Shown: positions 47,498 to 62,702, counted from the first letter of the stretch. The stretch: DNA of 64,000 nt from Eledone cirrhosa (GCA_964016885.1 OZ024741.1:182156001-182220000); one strand, 5' to 3'. Program-made: numbers and translations. Notes: generated by a model not told the origin, from the sequence alone.

Positions 47498-47840
47498 CAG
47501 GTTCTGCTGCACGTCGGGCTGAGGGGCCCAAACTCCTCAAATACTGGTCGCTCTCCGACAGGTTTGCAGTCGTATCTCTGGCAGTGGAGACTTCTGGTGT
47601 CCTGGGCCCCAGGGCCACCATAGGCGCTGAGCTGGCCAGCCGCAGGTGTGAGCCCCGCGAGTTGGAGTGATTTTCCAGCGTGTCTCCCTTGCCATCCTCC
47701 GGGGAAACTCCTTCTCCATTCTGTCCGCTGGGGCTGTGGGTGGGCCCCATCGCGTACCGTTGAAGTTGTTGTAGAAGAAACAGGAAGACAACAACTGGAA
47801 AGTTTGATTTTCTAATTTATCATTTACTTCTGTACTGAAA
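47498..47840 (+). mobile_element. CRE-clade retrotransposon 3' fragment
   Basis: GSAARRAE..KLLKY..LSDRF...LAVETSGVLGP and FQRVSLAILRGNS (RLE C-terminus). Homologous to 5620-5885 and bounded by (TA)n. Confidence 0.7.
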
Positions 47841-47858
47841 TATATATATATATATATG

Positions 47859-48981
47859 TAAAAAGTAAACAGAAATAACAACACAATCGGTACGGTATAG
47901 GGAAGGGATATATTAGGTTAACGCTTGAAATAGCGGGAAGAGGGTCTTAACGTTTCGGACGCTAGTCCTTCACCAAAAGAAAGAATGAGAAATAAGATAG
48001 ATTGAGGGGACGGGCGGGTTGGAATAGGAAAAAAATGTCTTTAGATAAAAATAACATGTTGACATCTCTTGCAAAACTGTTGGTGCTGGCGTTTTGTGTA
48101 TGATTTATTTTTTAGAAAAGTGGATGATGGAGCGCGTCTACCTGAAATGGAAAAAAACCGTTTTGTAAAAAGAGCTATACTTGTGCACGAGCGTAATCAT
48201 GTGTTTGTGTGTGTGTGTTATTATACGTCCGTACGAAGCTAAGAAGAAATGTGTGTGTATATGTGAGTAAAAGAGTGTGTGTGCATGTAAGTACGAAGCT
48301 ATGAGCAAAAGTATGTTAATATAAGGGTGTGTATGTGTGTATACAGAGCAGTGAAGGGAAAAGTGGAATGAGCATATATAGTCGGCATGTATTAGTTGTA
48401 AGAGAATATGTTAATGATCAAGAGAAAGCGATAGGAATCTAGGGGTGTGATAATGGACGGGGTATTAGAGAAATTAGGGAGGTGAGTTGAGTCCAAGAGG
48501 GGAATAGGGCCCAATGCGGTGAATCAGACTTTGTTCAGTCCTGGTGCGCGAGGCCTGTGATCCATGATGTAAAAGGACACCCAGGACTGAAATATGAAGG
48601 GAAAAATATACCAGAACAGAAATGACAGGCGACAGGAATATCCAAACCGAGTCGTATGTCCGTCAAATGTTCGGCAAAACGGCCCGCCAAATGGCGTCCC
48701 GTTTGTCCGATATATAAAGACCCGTAAAGGGAACACCGGAGGGCATAGACAACATGGGTTGAGGTGCAGGTAAAAGAGTGGCGGATACGGAAAGGGACAA
48801 GTGTTACAGCCGGAACGGGAACAAGGAAGAGAGCCGGGTGGAGTCGTGGGAGAAGACGAAAAGGAACTGCGAACCAGGAGGTAGCGGAAGTTGCGAGCGC
48901 GCTTAAAAGCAGTAATGGGTGAGTTTGGAAAAAAGAGAGAAGTGACGGGGTCAGAAGATAGGATGCGAAAGGAACGGGCAC
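47859..48981 (-). mobile_element. 5'-truncated Penelope-like element (GIY-YIG, 3' UTR, degenerate HHR)
   Basis: AFKRARNFRYLLVRS, PCSRSGCNTCP, FTCTSTHVVYALRCSLYGSLYIGQTGRHLAGRFAEH and PLGLN. HHR-like tctt-TTGGTGA-aggactagcgtcc-GAAAC-GTT-aaga at 47945-47980. Confidence 0.85.
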
Positions 48982-49752
48982 CCAAAAAGTCCTAGCCTGG
49001 CCGCAAGATCAGATTTTTCCAGAAAAAAATGTTTACTAGAGCAACAGAGAGACTAAGTTTCGTGATTACCATCAACAAAGTCAGGGTCAAACACTAAAAG
49101 TGGCTGTCCTTCATCTGGGAAAACCCTGGTCAATTGTATGTAGGATGCGCTAGAGTGAGCTCGCCAAACAATCTCTTCATCTTTACTCCCGAGGGCCGAA
49201 CAAAAAAATATTGTATACTCTGAGGCCCTAACAATGTAATTTATGTATTTTCTGTTACTTGGAATTTCCATTATGGTTGTACAAATTATTGTAAAGTTTG
49301 TTAAAAAATGTGTTCTCTATTCAAAATTTATTGTTGTAACTTTCAATTTTCTTTAACGTACTGGCTGAGAAAAGAAACCTACAATGAAAGAACATGTTAA
49401 GGTTTACCCAAGTCAAATGTTGTATTTATTAACATTTCTATCTGCAGATTCTTAACAAGCTTACTGGCACTTTAGTATGGTATTCAATTCTCATATCGTT
49501 TTTGATTGATATGGTGCATATATCGCAGCTATTCATATGTTTTAAACATTAGATAACAATTACTGATGTATAATGTACGACAGAATTAGCCTAAACATAT
49601 TTTGAATGAACAAATAAGAGAGATATACAAGAGAGATGTTTGTTGGTTGGTTCCTTCGTGTATCACACGAAAAAATTGAAAAGTGACAATCGGAAAGTAT
49701 GTACAGGATTGGCATAAGAGTATATCCAGGAAAGTTTATTGATACTAATTTT
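48980..49752 (+). mobile_element. Second copy of the Helitron internal region
   Basis: ~770 bp closely matching 16451-17223, without Helitron termini. Confidence 0.8.
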
Positions 49753-49756
49753 ATAA

Positions 49757-49980
49757 CTGTTTCTACTTTAGGCACAAGGCCAGCAATTACCCAGTGCATT
49801 ACTGGTACTTTATTTTATCGACCCCGTAAGGATGAAAGGCAAAGTCAACCTCGGCGGGATTTGAACTCAGATCGTAAAGGGACGTAACTCTATGCGTCAA
49901 AGCATGGCGTCCGACCTTCTACTGATACTGCCAATCCACCAAAGAAGAAGAAAGACATACCCCGTATGCTAACCAAACTG
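49757..49980 (-). mobile_element. S2 SINE, full length
   Basis: Reverse-complement S2, nearly the same as 63493-63680. Confidence 0.8.
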
Positions 49981-50096
49981 ACTGCTATTTCTAGCAGGTT
50001 CGTAATCAACCATAAGGGATTCTCTCTGCGAGTTCGCTGTCAGTGATGTTCGTGTTTCGCGGCCTGTCTCCGATTCCAACGGTGGTTTACGCACAC

Positions 50097-50141
<45 letters not shown>

Positions 50142-50326
50142 ATTATATATACACAAACATACACACACACAAATATATTTAAACAAACTTACACAAACAT
50201 ACACACACACGCACACACAATACACACACACTGTAAACAAGACAATGCATTCAATACAGACATTTTCTCTTCTGCAGGTCTTCTCTTATCATTTGTTAAC
50301 ATTGGCGAAGCTGGGTACCTCAGCTA

Positions 50327-50367
<41 letters not shown>

Positions 50368-50489
50368 GGAGGTGAGTTTATTGTAGTACAATAAAGCAAT
50401 GCAGATATCGGATAAGAAGCACTCTACAGTTTGTAGGACTGGAGTATACATAATATATAAGAACAAAAGATGGTTAAAGGAGTTCCATG

Positions 50490-50560
50490 TATTTTATTAT
50501 GCGCATTTCAAAAACAAACATCATCATGCAATAATATTTGTGTTTTCATCAGATAAAACA
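50490..50560 (-). ncRNA. Type-I hammerhead ribozyme with 16-bp helix II
   Basis: tgttttat-CTGATGA-[36-nt hairpin, 15/16 pairs including G-U]-GAAAT-GCGC-ATA-ataaaata. Stem I is 8 bp and the GCGC loop III is palindromic. Confidence 0.85.
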
Positions 50561-50683
50561 GGAGGACATGATATGAAGGCTAAAAAACACTTGTGGATAG
50601 TTCAGTTTTAAATCAACATATGATATGTTGATTTAAAACTGAACTATCCACAAGTGTTTTTTAGCCTTCATATCATGTCATCC

Positions 50684-50754
50684 TGTTTTATCTGATGAAA
50701 ACACAAATATTATTGCATGATGATGTTTGTTTTTGAAATGCGCATAATGAAATA
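50684..50754 (+). ncRNA. Hammerhead ribozyme (inverted-arm copy)
   Basis: Mirror of 50490-50560. One A>G change in stem I still allows a G-U pair. Confidence 0.8.
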
Positions 50755-50820
50755 CATGGAACTCCTTTAACCATCTTTTGTTCTTATATATTATATATAT
50801 ATATATATATTTATTTATTT

Positions 50821-51037
50821 ATTTATTAAAATAACAGATTAAAGTTTAAGCAAAGAATCGCTGCTTTCACCCTTAACGGGATCTTCAGAAGATCCCGTTA
50901 AGGGTGAAAGCAGCGATTCTTTGCTTAAACTTTAATCTGTTATTTTAATAAATATTTGCTCTACGGTTCTTATATATTTGATATATATTTATCCTTATCG
51001 AGCCCTCTTTGGATTTATTATTATTTATTATTATTAC
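50821..51037 (+). mobile_element. Fold-back element F3 with a perfect 66-bp hairpin
   Basis: Arms 50821-50886/50888-50953 with a 1-nt loop. The tail has ttatcgagccctc. Both parts also occur inside the Helitron. Confidence 0.7.
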
Positions 51038-51127
51038 TATATATATATATGTATAAATATAGCTGGAGCACTCGTCGGAAATGACAGATGTTCAAACACA
51101 CAAACACAAACACAAACACACACACGT

Positions 51128-51178
<51 letters not shown>

Positions 51179-51852
51179 TACATACAGCGATTGTTTTTTG
51201 GGTCGTATTGGTTAGTGACTGTGTTGTGGTGTTGATTCATTTGTTGCGTGCGTGCTCACTTGTAGCCTGCTGTGTCGTGTGGACACTGTTGTGTGATAGT
51301 GTGACCAGAGACTGCATGTGTGCAGGTAAGTGAATAAGTGATCAATAAGGTGACCATATGATAGTTCCTTGATCACGCAAAAAATGAATATATATAAATG
51401 AACCACGCTATATTATTAATTTATTGAAAATAACTCGTGCCGGAGCTATACGAAAAATACACAAGAATTATGTAGGTTATTTGTTTGTTTGTAAAAGTAG
51501 AGTTAGATTGTATTTACCAAGAAAACTTCATGAACTTCACTGGCTTGGTTAAGAAAGAGACCAAGAGATAGATATTGAGTGAAAGAGAGAGAGTCAGAGT
51601 CTCTAAAACCCCAAGGTGTCTGTAGAAAGCAAATGTTTTACATGTTTCCTCTATCAAGAACTGCATCGAATTGCCCTGGCTTGATCTAAGACACACTACT
51701 TATCTCTGTCGCTTCCTCTGTCCCCAAGCCTTGAGAACAATGCGGTGACCTCTAGAGTTAATTCACTCTCAGACCTGTTGACTCCCGAAAGGAGATAACG
51801 CCATAAATGACCATCAAATATCACCCAGGGGTCAAGATGTGAACAGATTTCG

Positions 51853-51971
<119 letters not shown>

Positions 51972-52403
51972 CATATAGATAGATATAGATATAGATATAG
52001 ATATAACTTGATACTATCAACACAATGCCTAAGCTGTTTCTTTGAGAGTAAGCAGTATAATAAAACCACTTGTTGGACCCCTGTCATAGCATTTAAATTA
52101 AACTATCTGTTTTCTTCAAACCTCTCTCTCCCATTTCTCCTACCCATACATATCTATCTCTCCCTCTCCCTTTCTTTCTCTCTTCCTTTTCTACTCAGTC
52201 TTCCCCAATTACTCCTTTTAAGAAATATAAAGAAACCATGATTCAACCATTCGTTCTGACGATTTGGTAGTACGAGCGGCATTTGAAAATTGAGTATCTG
52301 CAAATTAATAACTAGTAATTTGCATATAGCATGACTAGGCTGTATAACTACTAAAGAGACATTTGTAAACACTTAGAATACATTGCTTTTTATGATGTCT
52401 ATC

Positions 52404-52500
<97 letters not shown>

Positions 52501-53181
52501 CTCCAGTTGATTCCATCAATAGAATTTTCAGTTCATGAAATTAACATATAAGAGCCTAAGCATGCATGCACATATGCACGCGCCCTTGATGTAGTTCTCA
52601 GGAAGATTCAACGTGACGCAATGTGTGACAAGGCTGGCTTCTTGGGTTGCAAGAAAAACTATCTTTTGTTAGCTGAATGGCCTAAAGCTACTTGGCATAA
52701 AGTGTGCAGCAGCACTTTAAAACCTACGCGAAACGATGTTATATATACATATGTAAGCACTTTCATACATATATTTTATGTATATCAATCAATCAATCAA
52801 TCAAATTAGCCAATGTTTTCCTAGTACTGAGTAAAATGCCTCCTTGTCAATTTATAACTTTCAGTTGTCACTCATAGCTGGACATATCCAGCTTGTTGTC
52901 CGGTTGTTGTCACTCATCCTCTGGACATATCCAGCCAAATTCAATTGCAATGATTTCATAAATTAGACAATATCACTTAGCTTTGATGTCAGATTCACTC
53001 CTTCTCTATCAGTAGGAAATTTTGAATCATAGACACAAACACACACAGATACATACACATACACACACATACACACACATGCACACACACACGCACACAG
53101 ACACGCACACACGCACACTCACTCACACACATACTCACATATATATATACATATGCACACACACACATACATATATGTATA

Positions 53182-53280
53182 CAGGGCGTCCCCAAAAAAC
53201 ACATACACACTTCAACAGCATTCTAATAAATATTACCTATATAGGCAATCAAACTGTATATACCTTTTTGTGACACCTTG
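53182..53280. mobile_element. Tc1/mariner-type MITE (family of 18521-18620)
   Basis: TA|cagggcgtcc...gacaccttg. The internal cacacttcaacagcattctaataaa is the reverse complement of the 18.5-kb copy. Confidence 0.65.
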
Positions 53281-53375
53281 CGTGTGTGTGTATATATATA
53301 CAAATTTAAATTTTGAAAACCAAAATTTAAATTAGTGTTTTTTATTCAACAATGCTTTAAGCAAGCTACAAAACT

Positions 53376-53441
<66 letters not shown>

Positions 53442-53732
53442 CGTATTTACGTACATTAACGGTCAAGCGGTTCTACTGTCACAAATGTACTTTGCTCATA
53501 CAACAGTACTTTTTACTGAGCAGATACTTCTATTTCATTACATATTTAAGCAGCTTACGCAAAACTAACTCAGACTGGCAACTTCTCAGAGTAGCTGTTG
53601 GGTAGCTAACAATGGAAGTGCTACTAAACATCAGCAGGAACAAACTTTATAGTGTTTGTCTACAACGGCAAGCCCGATTCCAATATACTTCTCGAGTTAA
53701 GAGCTCAGCAGACGTTATACTGTAACCTCATG

Positions 53733-53795
<63 letters not shown>

Positions 53796-54386
53796 ATGTC
53801 AGTTAACACTTTCTCTCTACTGACCTCTTCCTCACACTTCCACTCACTCACTCACTCACTGTTTCTCCCCTTCTCACTTCACCCCGTTCGCGACGAAAAC
53901 AATTTCCTTCTTTCTTACATTGGATTCATCTCGAAAGGTCTATTATATACGCGCTCATATATTCACCCAGCTTATGCTGATAGAATAACTATGTAGCTTG
54001 TGCCTCTTCCTATCTACGATTAGCTTTCCTCTTTGTTGTTACTTGTCTCACTCGCTTTACGCGTTTTAATTGTCCTAATAACTTAATTTAGTTATTATTG
54101 CACCAACGTGAGGTATATGATTTTTAATGCAATGAAATATCTATGACCGTTGGCAAATCACTGATGAGGGACTCATTTTATAACATGTTATCCATGTGCA
54201 ACCTGCAGTATTCTTCTCCCCATTTTTTCATATATATATATATATATATATATACAAATAAAGAATTATAAAGAATCGCATTTCGGCGGGCAGGAAATGC
54301 GAAGCGAAACGCAAAAATCAGAAGGAAAAGCAAATGACTAGGCGTGAAGTATAGAATAGAAGTGAAGAATTTAATCAAAGTTCATT

Positions 54387-54557
54387 CTTTAACACATGTT
54401 TCAATACAGTATCAGTTTACGAGTACTGGTTGCATATCAATATTATTGTACCAGTAATGCACTGGGTATTTGCTGGCCTTGTGCCTAAAGTAGAAACAAT
54501 ATTATTGCTATGCCCATTCACTTGGCAATACTTTAAATACTGCATTTCATCAGAAAG
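54387..54557 (-). ncRNA. Type-I hammerhead ribozyme with an S2 SINE fragment inserted in loop II
   Basis: cttt-CTGATGA-aatgcagtatt[...]gatactgtatt-GAAAC-ATGT-GTT-aaag (11-bp stem II). SINE tail 54449-54496 is flanked by the duplication caatattattg. Lies in a (TA)n-bounded island 54255-54637. Confidence 0.7.
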
Positions 54558-54636
54558 ATTTCAAAGTTTGAGGTGAGTTTGCTGCATCTTGCAGTAAAAA
54601 TATTTCAACTGCTATCCACTCGGATTAAAAGGCAAC

Positions 54637-54667
<31 letters not shown>

Positions 54668-54858
54668 GGGGGGGGGGAATTTTGAAATATTAAAATTGCT
54701 TTTATATGATTATATATATACTTTTGAGGAATTTGTAATTCGCAAATATAGTCGTCCAAATGCAAATAAATATAATAATAGGTGATCCTGATGCTATAAT
54801 ACAGTAAAACGTATAATGGTCAAACAACATTTTCCAATGTATAGAGATGTCTATATAT

Positions 54859-54975
54859 ACACCAGGTCCGAACACAACAGAACCAAACTCCCACTATCAC
54901 TGCCTCCGTCTCTCTCGCTCTCCCAATCTCTCACTCTTATGAGCAAATGGAGCTTATGCGCTGGCCACCCCGTGA
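54859..54975 (-). mobile_element. 3' end of the CRE-like family
   Basis: The reverse complement matches 5874-5972 (ggccag..catttgctcataa..gggagagcgagag..ctggt). Confidence 0.6.
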
Positions 54976-55387
54976 CTCCGGCGGATAGTATAAATAGTAG
55001 CTGAAAATTCGAGGGCAGTAACGCTGGTGACGGAATATGTGTAAAGATGCCTGCCTGTAGAGAATCAGACCATGCATCTCTGGTGTGCTGGGCGAGCGCG
55101 ATTAAATATTACACCAAAAATTCTCTGGCTGCCAATTACTGCCTCTATTTTCAAATTTCAAATTACCCAGCTTCGTAAATCAACACAATCTATACAATTA
55201 TAGCTTTGTGCATAAATATTCTAAAAAGATTGTAATTTGGCGGCTAGTGATCGTTTCACCTAAGGATTAAATGCACTCACCTCGCATACAGGAAATACTG
55301 ATATTTAAATATTATATAATACAATGATGTAGCAATATGTTATAGTAGTTTAATAGAGCTGTGAATACACATGTATGTATATATATA

Positions 55388-55749
55388 AATTACAATTTAG
55401 CTATACAACTATGCCTGAAGCTAAATTGTAATTCTATTCTCTTATAAGTTGAGCCAACTTATACTGCTTCATATGCAAATGAGATTAATCACCTCGAGAA
55501 AACCACATACTCTCGCCTGTTTTCAAAGTCCAGCAGTTGCAAGAGTGGGACGGATCGTGTTGATGAGAACCAGTTCAGTTCGAAATGCGCATCCACGATT
55601 TCCCCCCTTGCTTCTGCTGGACACCACCAGACGACGTTAGTCGCTGGTGTTTTGGCTCTCTAAATGTTTATTTTAAATATAGCGTATTTCTTCTGAAATA
55701 CGAAATTCCAATACATATCTGATACTGCATGAAGCTAAATTGTAATTCT
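55388..55749 (+). mobile_element. Retrozyme-like structured element R, copy 1 (314-bp unit)
   Basis: 20-bp direct repeat tgaagctaaattgtaattct at 55416 and 55730, a 15-bp inverted arm at 55388-55402, ATGCAAAT at 55473 and an HHR at 55554-55599. (TA)n flanks. Confidence 0.6.
55554..55599 (+). ncRNA. Minimal type-I hammerhead ribozyme (C3>U variant)
   Basis: atcgtg-TTGATGA-gaac-cagttca-gttc-GAAAT-GCGC-ATC-cacgat. Confidence 0.75.
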
Positions 55750-57355
55750 CTCTCTATATATATATATATGTGAATGCATGCATTAGTGTATTTAGATATA
55801 TATGTATACACGTGTGTATGTAAGTGCATATACGTACGTGTATGTCAAATCTGTCTTGAGCGCTACTGGTAACATGTAAGTCAGTAAAACCTGTTGCATG
55901 GTCAGATAGTAGACGACTAAACTGGCAACGCCATCAAGCCTGCTTGGTGATATGTGAATAGTTTGTATATATTTTTGTGTATATAAATACAGTTGAGAGA
56001 AAGATATTTTCATTTGTAACCAACTTGCTTTGGTTTTGGTTGTTATTAGCTTAACGTCTTTAAATATTTAGAGAATGGTTCACTCGCCGATCAAATGTAT
56101 TTCATTATAAAATCTGATGTGCAGGCAATTTCTGCGTACAACTGTTTCATATTTTAACCGCCACCCAACTGAGCGGAGATCTGGACAAAACTTTCTTGCA
56201 TCTCGTGCGTCTGCAACAATGAAATACCACCACTTCTGTAGTTTCATTACTCAGAAAGTGTAGTTTAGGCGGGAACAGTCACAGTTCTTTGGTCGCCAAT
56301 AATACTAAATGCAGGTAAATAATAAAATCTATGTTTGAATATAAACGCACTCCTATCACTATGTTTACTCGTAGGGAACGAAACATCTCCTTTAGATTGC
56401 TTCTGTTCGTTTCATATAAACTGTGTTGCAAACCACGAGATATTACAAGTCATACTACCATTCTGCCTCTCTTCTTGTTTTCTGTCAGATCATTTTTTTT
56501 TTATATCAATTGAATATCGATTCATTAATTAAAGTGTAAGTTGTTGAATATTCTACAAACAATAAGTTTCAAACAGAATCAGCGTGACAAGGCTGGACCT
56601 TTGAACTCTCCCTACCATCCATCTAATGAGCCTTCACACAATTTTCGTCTACCCAATTCAAATTACAGGCTTGCTTTGACCGTGGCCGTTGTAAAAATAC
56701 TTGCCAAGATGCGACGAGACCTCTTGACTTAGCCTTACGTATGTCCACAGAATACATTTAGATGCGTGTTGAAGAGGACTTCTATTTTTAACATTTAAGA
56801 TGTCCTTCCGTTTTTACATTCGTTCAAAAATCTTTAACGCATATGGTGAAGATAAAAGATTTTCTCTAGTTATTATAGCATATGACAATCTATATAATTT
56901 TAGAACAGATCATTATGCTTCTTCAGTTATTGTTGATTCGATATATTGATTTGTAATTTATCTATTTATTGTTTTTCAATTTTTAAATCGATCATTTTTG
57001 AATTGTTGGAAATTTCAGAGAGGAAATTAAATTTTAAAATATTCTCTTTCTTTTAATTATATGATTTTTTACTTGGTTCAAATTTTATTTTCATTCATCA
57101 TTAAAATGATTATTTTTTCTAGAAATTCAATTTCATGATTACCGTTTTTATTTCATTTTCTTTCTTATTTCACTATTTATGTTTTCTTCTATTGAAATAG
57201 CTAACATTTCGCGTTAATTCATTCTTTTTTCTTCGTTTCATTTATTTTTTAATACAATATTTAAAGTTTATATTTTATACATGTCCTTGGTAATTGTACT
57301 GTCTGTAATGGAGAATCTAATGTAAATGAACAACGAAATCATCAACCATAGAAAC

Positions 57356-57431
<76 letters not shown>

Positions 57432-57484
57432 GAAATTAGAATTTTATTTCTCGCTCTAGCTCAGCTGATACATTAGTGTAAGTA

Positions 57485-58420
<936 letters not shown>

Positions 58421-58570
58421 TTGAGTATATGTTGGTTGTTTACCGACACCTAGTATGCAGATTGGAGCACTCGACGAAGTACGCAGGTTGGTTTGGTTAC
58501 TCTCTGGAGTAATGTAAAATAAAGTAATTAAGTCAAATATTTAAGATTTGGCTTCGTTTATTAAAGATGT

Positions 58571-58625
58571 ACTGCTATATATATTTCGGTGACAGTCATC
58601 ATTCGCTGTGACCTCTTCAGGCAGT
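58571..58625 (-). ncRNA. Canonical minimal type-I hammerhead ribozyme
   Basis: actgc-CTGAAGA-ggtcacag-cgaatgatga-ctgtcacc-GAAAT-ATAT-ATA-gcagt. Followed by a ~150-bp tail with cgtcgagtgctc that ends in (TA)n. Confidence 0.85.
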
Positions 58626-59034
58626 TCGAATTGGTGTGGTAGAGACAGGTAAAAGTGTTGTTAAAGTATTTTACTCCATCAATACTCCGATATGTCCAGC
58701 TCCTGGTTGGGTTGTTATTTCTCTGAGGAACTGGAATCATATGAATTCGAACAAACTAATTTCGGCATCATAGGACACTCTCTCCTCCCATTGGTCAGTT
58801 GTGAGAACATTCCTCAGTCAAAAGTCTAGAGAAATTTTTTTCCTGAGGCAAGACAATCTGTTGTGTTTGTTTTTGTTAAGTACAGCTGACCTCCTCCCTT
58901 GTGATTATTGGTGTTAGGGGGTCAGCTGGCTGGTCAGCCTTAGTTCTACTGCTGCTGTCTTTAGAAGAATGAGTGTGTGTGGGTTGGCACCAATCCCACC
59001 ACCCTTTCACGTGGTGGGGTGTGCCAAACATAAT

Positions 59035-59106
59035 TGTTTCTACTTTTGGCACAAGGCCAGCAATTACGCAGTACATTACTGGTACTTTATTTTATCGACC
59101 CCGTAA
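59035..59106 (-). mobile_element. 5'-truncated S2 SINE with an 18-bp TSD
   Basis: gggtgt(g/a)ccaaacataat lies on both sides (59017-59034 and 59107-59124). Confidence 0.75.
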
Positions 59107-59551
59107 GGGTGTACCAAACATAATGGAATCACATAAGGTAAAATGAAGAAATAAAATATTTAAAAAAAAGATAAAATAAATAATAAAATAATAAAATAAT
59201 AAGGTACGATACAATAAAATGAAGAAGTAAAAAAAAAAAAAAAATGAATAAAATAGAATAAAATGCGTGTTTGTTATAGCCAATATCAAATATCAAAGAA
59301 GAATAAAGTGCGTGTGTGTTATAGCCAATATTAAAGTTTGAAAGATTTGGAAAATATTGACTGAAGTATAAAGGCTATGTGTCAGAATCGGGAAATGCAA
59401 AGGATTACGATCTTTACACTATCATGGGTTGGTGCGTTTTAAGAGCAAATGAGGCAAGAGTGGAGTCTAAAACACCATAACCTGAGTGTCAAAATCCGGA
59501 AATGCAGAGGACTACAGTTTTTAATTCGGCATAGAGTACATGCGTTTTTTT

Positions 59552-60232
<681 letters not shown>

Positions 60233-60236
<4 letters not shown>

Positions 60237-60540
60237 TAAAGTTGTAGCCACAACATGATAGCTATGTCGGGGCGAAAACTTTCATTCTACTTTCAAGCTG
60301 AGCCGGCTTGAGAGCTCCATATGCAAATGAGGCTAATCAGCCCATTTACATAGGCGAAAAAATCTATATATTTGCGTCTGTTTCAAATACCAGCAGAGAG
60401 CATGATTGGGGAAGCACTGTCCTGATGATGGCCTGAGCCAGAAACACATTGTCAGTTGTTCACTGCTACTTCAACGCGAATAACATAGCCGGCGTTAGCC
60501 GTTAGTTTTTCAATATTCATAGCTAAAAAGCTTTCCAAAT
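60233..60540 (+). mobile_element. Retrozyme-like structured element R, copy 2 (diverged)
   Basis: Same block order as copy 1: AGC-loop hairpin, catATGCAAATgag..taatca, ctgtttcaaa..ccagcag, HHR core CTGATGA-tggc-ctga-gcca-GAAAC-acatt-GTC (60422-60453), GTTA-loop hairpin, T-run. Confidence 0.55.
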
Positions 60541-60879
60541 CCGACTGCCACAATTCTCCTACGTCTATTGCAGTTTTCATAATCAGTTGTAGTCCTGTGT
60601 TTGAGTAGTCTGCCCTGGATGTCAGTAGGATTTGAATCCCTAGGCGACTATGAACTCAGAACGCAGATACCTCAATGTGTCTTATCCCACGCTCTAACTA
60701 TTCCACCTATCCACCAACACCTTAGACTAGTACCATTTATCGACACCGAAAGGACGAAAGGTAAAGTTTTTTCTCGGTGGCATTTGAAATGAAAGCACAG
60801 ATTGTCGGAACAAATACCACAAAGCATTCCTTTCGATGGCCTAACGACTCGTCGTCATAATAAATTTTAAGTTCACACC

Positions 60880-60955
60880 AGCTAGAGACATCTAATAAAG
60901 CTAGAGACATCTAATGAAGCTAGAGACATCTAATGAAGCTAGAGACATCTAATAA
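60880..60955. repeat. 19-bp tandem repeat x4
   Basis: agctagagacatctaat(a/g)a repeated. Confidence 0.9.
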
Positions 60956-61884
60956 ATTATAAACAAAAACAAAACTAAAATAAATAAATAAATACAAAAC
61001 CTTACAGAAACATAAATTAGTAGCGATTATTTGGATTACTCAGTGGACTTTCAGTCGCGTAAATAAATTTTTTTTTTTCTCTGCTGCTCTATATCTAATT
61101 CCCCCTTATCATTAACTGTACAATCTGCATTAGCCTTAGCTCAATAGATAACATTTTTCTTGTCAAATTTACCGTTCGACGGCCAAAGCAGTTTGAAATA
61201 TAAATTACGAAAAATAAAATAAAATAATAAATAATGACAGAGAAAATGAGATATGTCAACGATTATCTCATTTTAATTATGACAGCAGATCATTTTTAAT
61301 TCATTTTAATTGAGTTTGAGCGAAGTACATTTTAGAGTTGTGTTGTGATAATACAATGAATTGCAAAATAAGAAGATATTCAAACTCTTACGAAATCCGT
61401 TCTACGTTTTAATTGTCTCCATCGAAGTGAGTAAATTATTCTCGAACATGGCGTTTATAATGGATTTTCGAAACAATTTAAAAACTGAAAGTTATGGCTG
61501 TAGTTTATTTGTTGCTACATTTAATGTTTGTATTAATAATTTATAACTTCTAGCGTTCGAGCGAAAGGGCGATGGATTGGTAGAGTTGCTGAAGTCACCG
61601 ACAAAATATCTTGACGTAATTAACATCGTTCAAATCCAGCTGGAGTCAGCTTTGGCCCATATTTTTCTGTAGCCAATATAATCATGTGAAAAAATGCGTA
61701 GTCTTGTTTCTATGTTAGAAATTGCTATTGTGGTTGGGAGCATGGGAATAGGAAAAAGTCTGGTGAGAAGTGTCCAGGTTGTATGTGTCTGTATTTAGAA
61801 CGTTAAGGCGGAATTAATTTGTGAAGAAATGTATGTTGGTAAAAATAACAGGAAGAAAGAATAGGGCAAGAGTTAGATACACTG

Positions 61885-61921
<37 letters not shown>

Positions 61922-62664
61922 ATTCGTAACTTCTGAGGGATTCGCAAATGCGCCGTAGTGAGATAGGAGTCAATCTCCCCTCCAGGTATGAACTCAGCCG
62001 ATTTCGTTCAGAGAATGATAGATGGTGGAAGAAAGTGAGAGAGAGATATATAGAGGAGGAATCGACACCAGTACTGGACGGATACTCTTTTATCAATTTT
62101 GAAAGAATGAAAGGAAAGTTGACCTCGGTGGAATTTGAACTGAAAGAGCCGACGAATACGACATTATGTCCGACATTCCAACGTGTCTGACAATTCGCCG
62201 GCAAGGTGCACAAGAATTGCTATAATATGAATCATAGAACTTTGTTCAATTTCCCTTGAGAACATTTGACAATAGTTATAGCGATTTCGATTAAATTTAG
62301 CCAAGTCAAAATCGTGATGTTGTAATTACTGAGCACTCACTTACTTTGAAAGAGATAATAACAAAAACAGTGACGTCTGTTTTCGTAAGTAAAATTAATT
62401 ATTCAGAAACGTGCTCATGGTCCCATATACGTGTGAAAATACTGGAACTCACAAATGCATATTGAAATAAAGATTAATGAATTAACACAGGCATTCAAAA
62501 ACATACCTCTCTACACGTGTTCATTACTTCCTGTTTGTATCAAACCTTTCATTTATGTCCCAGAACCTCCAAACCAAAGCTGGTAGCTGAATTTCATAAA
62601 TAAACAATAGCACAAAGTATAAACAAAATAACGAATTGTGTTAAAACATAAGCTCCATTGAAAA

Positions 62665-62702
<38 letters not shown>

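Larger units (their letters stand above)
50363..50794 (-). mobile_element. Family F2 fold-back element with a 172-bp near-perfect hairpin
   Basis: Arms 50450-50621/50623-50794 with a 1-nt loop and ~2 mismatches. Tail 50363-50449, (TA)n flanks. Confidence 0.8.

Noticed and set aside
50858-50920. ctgaaga-tcccgttaagggt-gaaa in F3 as a hammerhead
   Set aside because: There is a T-T mismatch at the base of stem II and no A-U pair or UH site after GAAA.
60880-60955. Regular short repeats (also 63891-63945 and 31190-31278) as CRISPR-like arrays
   Set aside because: They are head-to-tail tandem repeats with no unique spacers, in a eukaryotic context with no cas genes.
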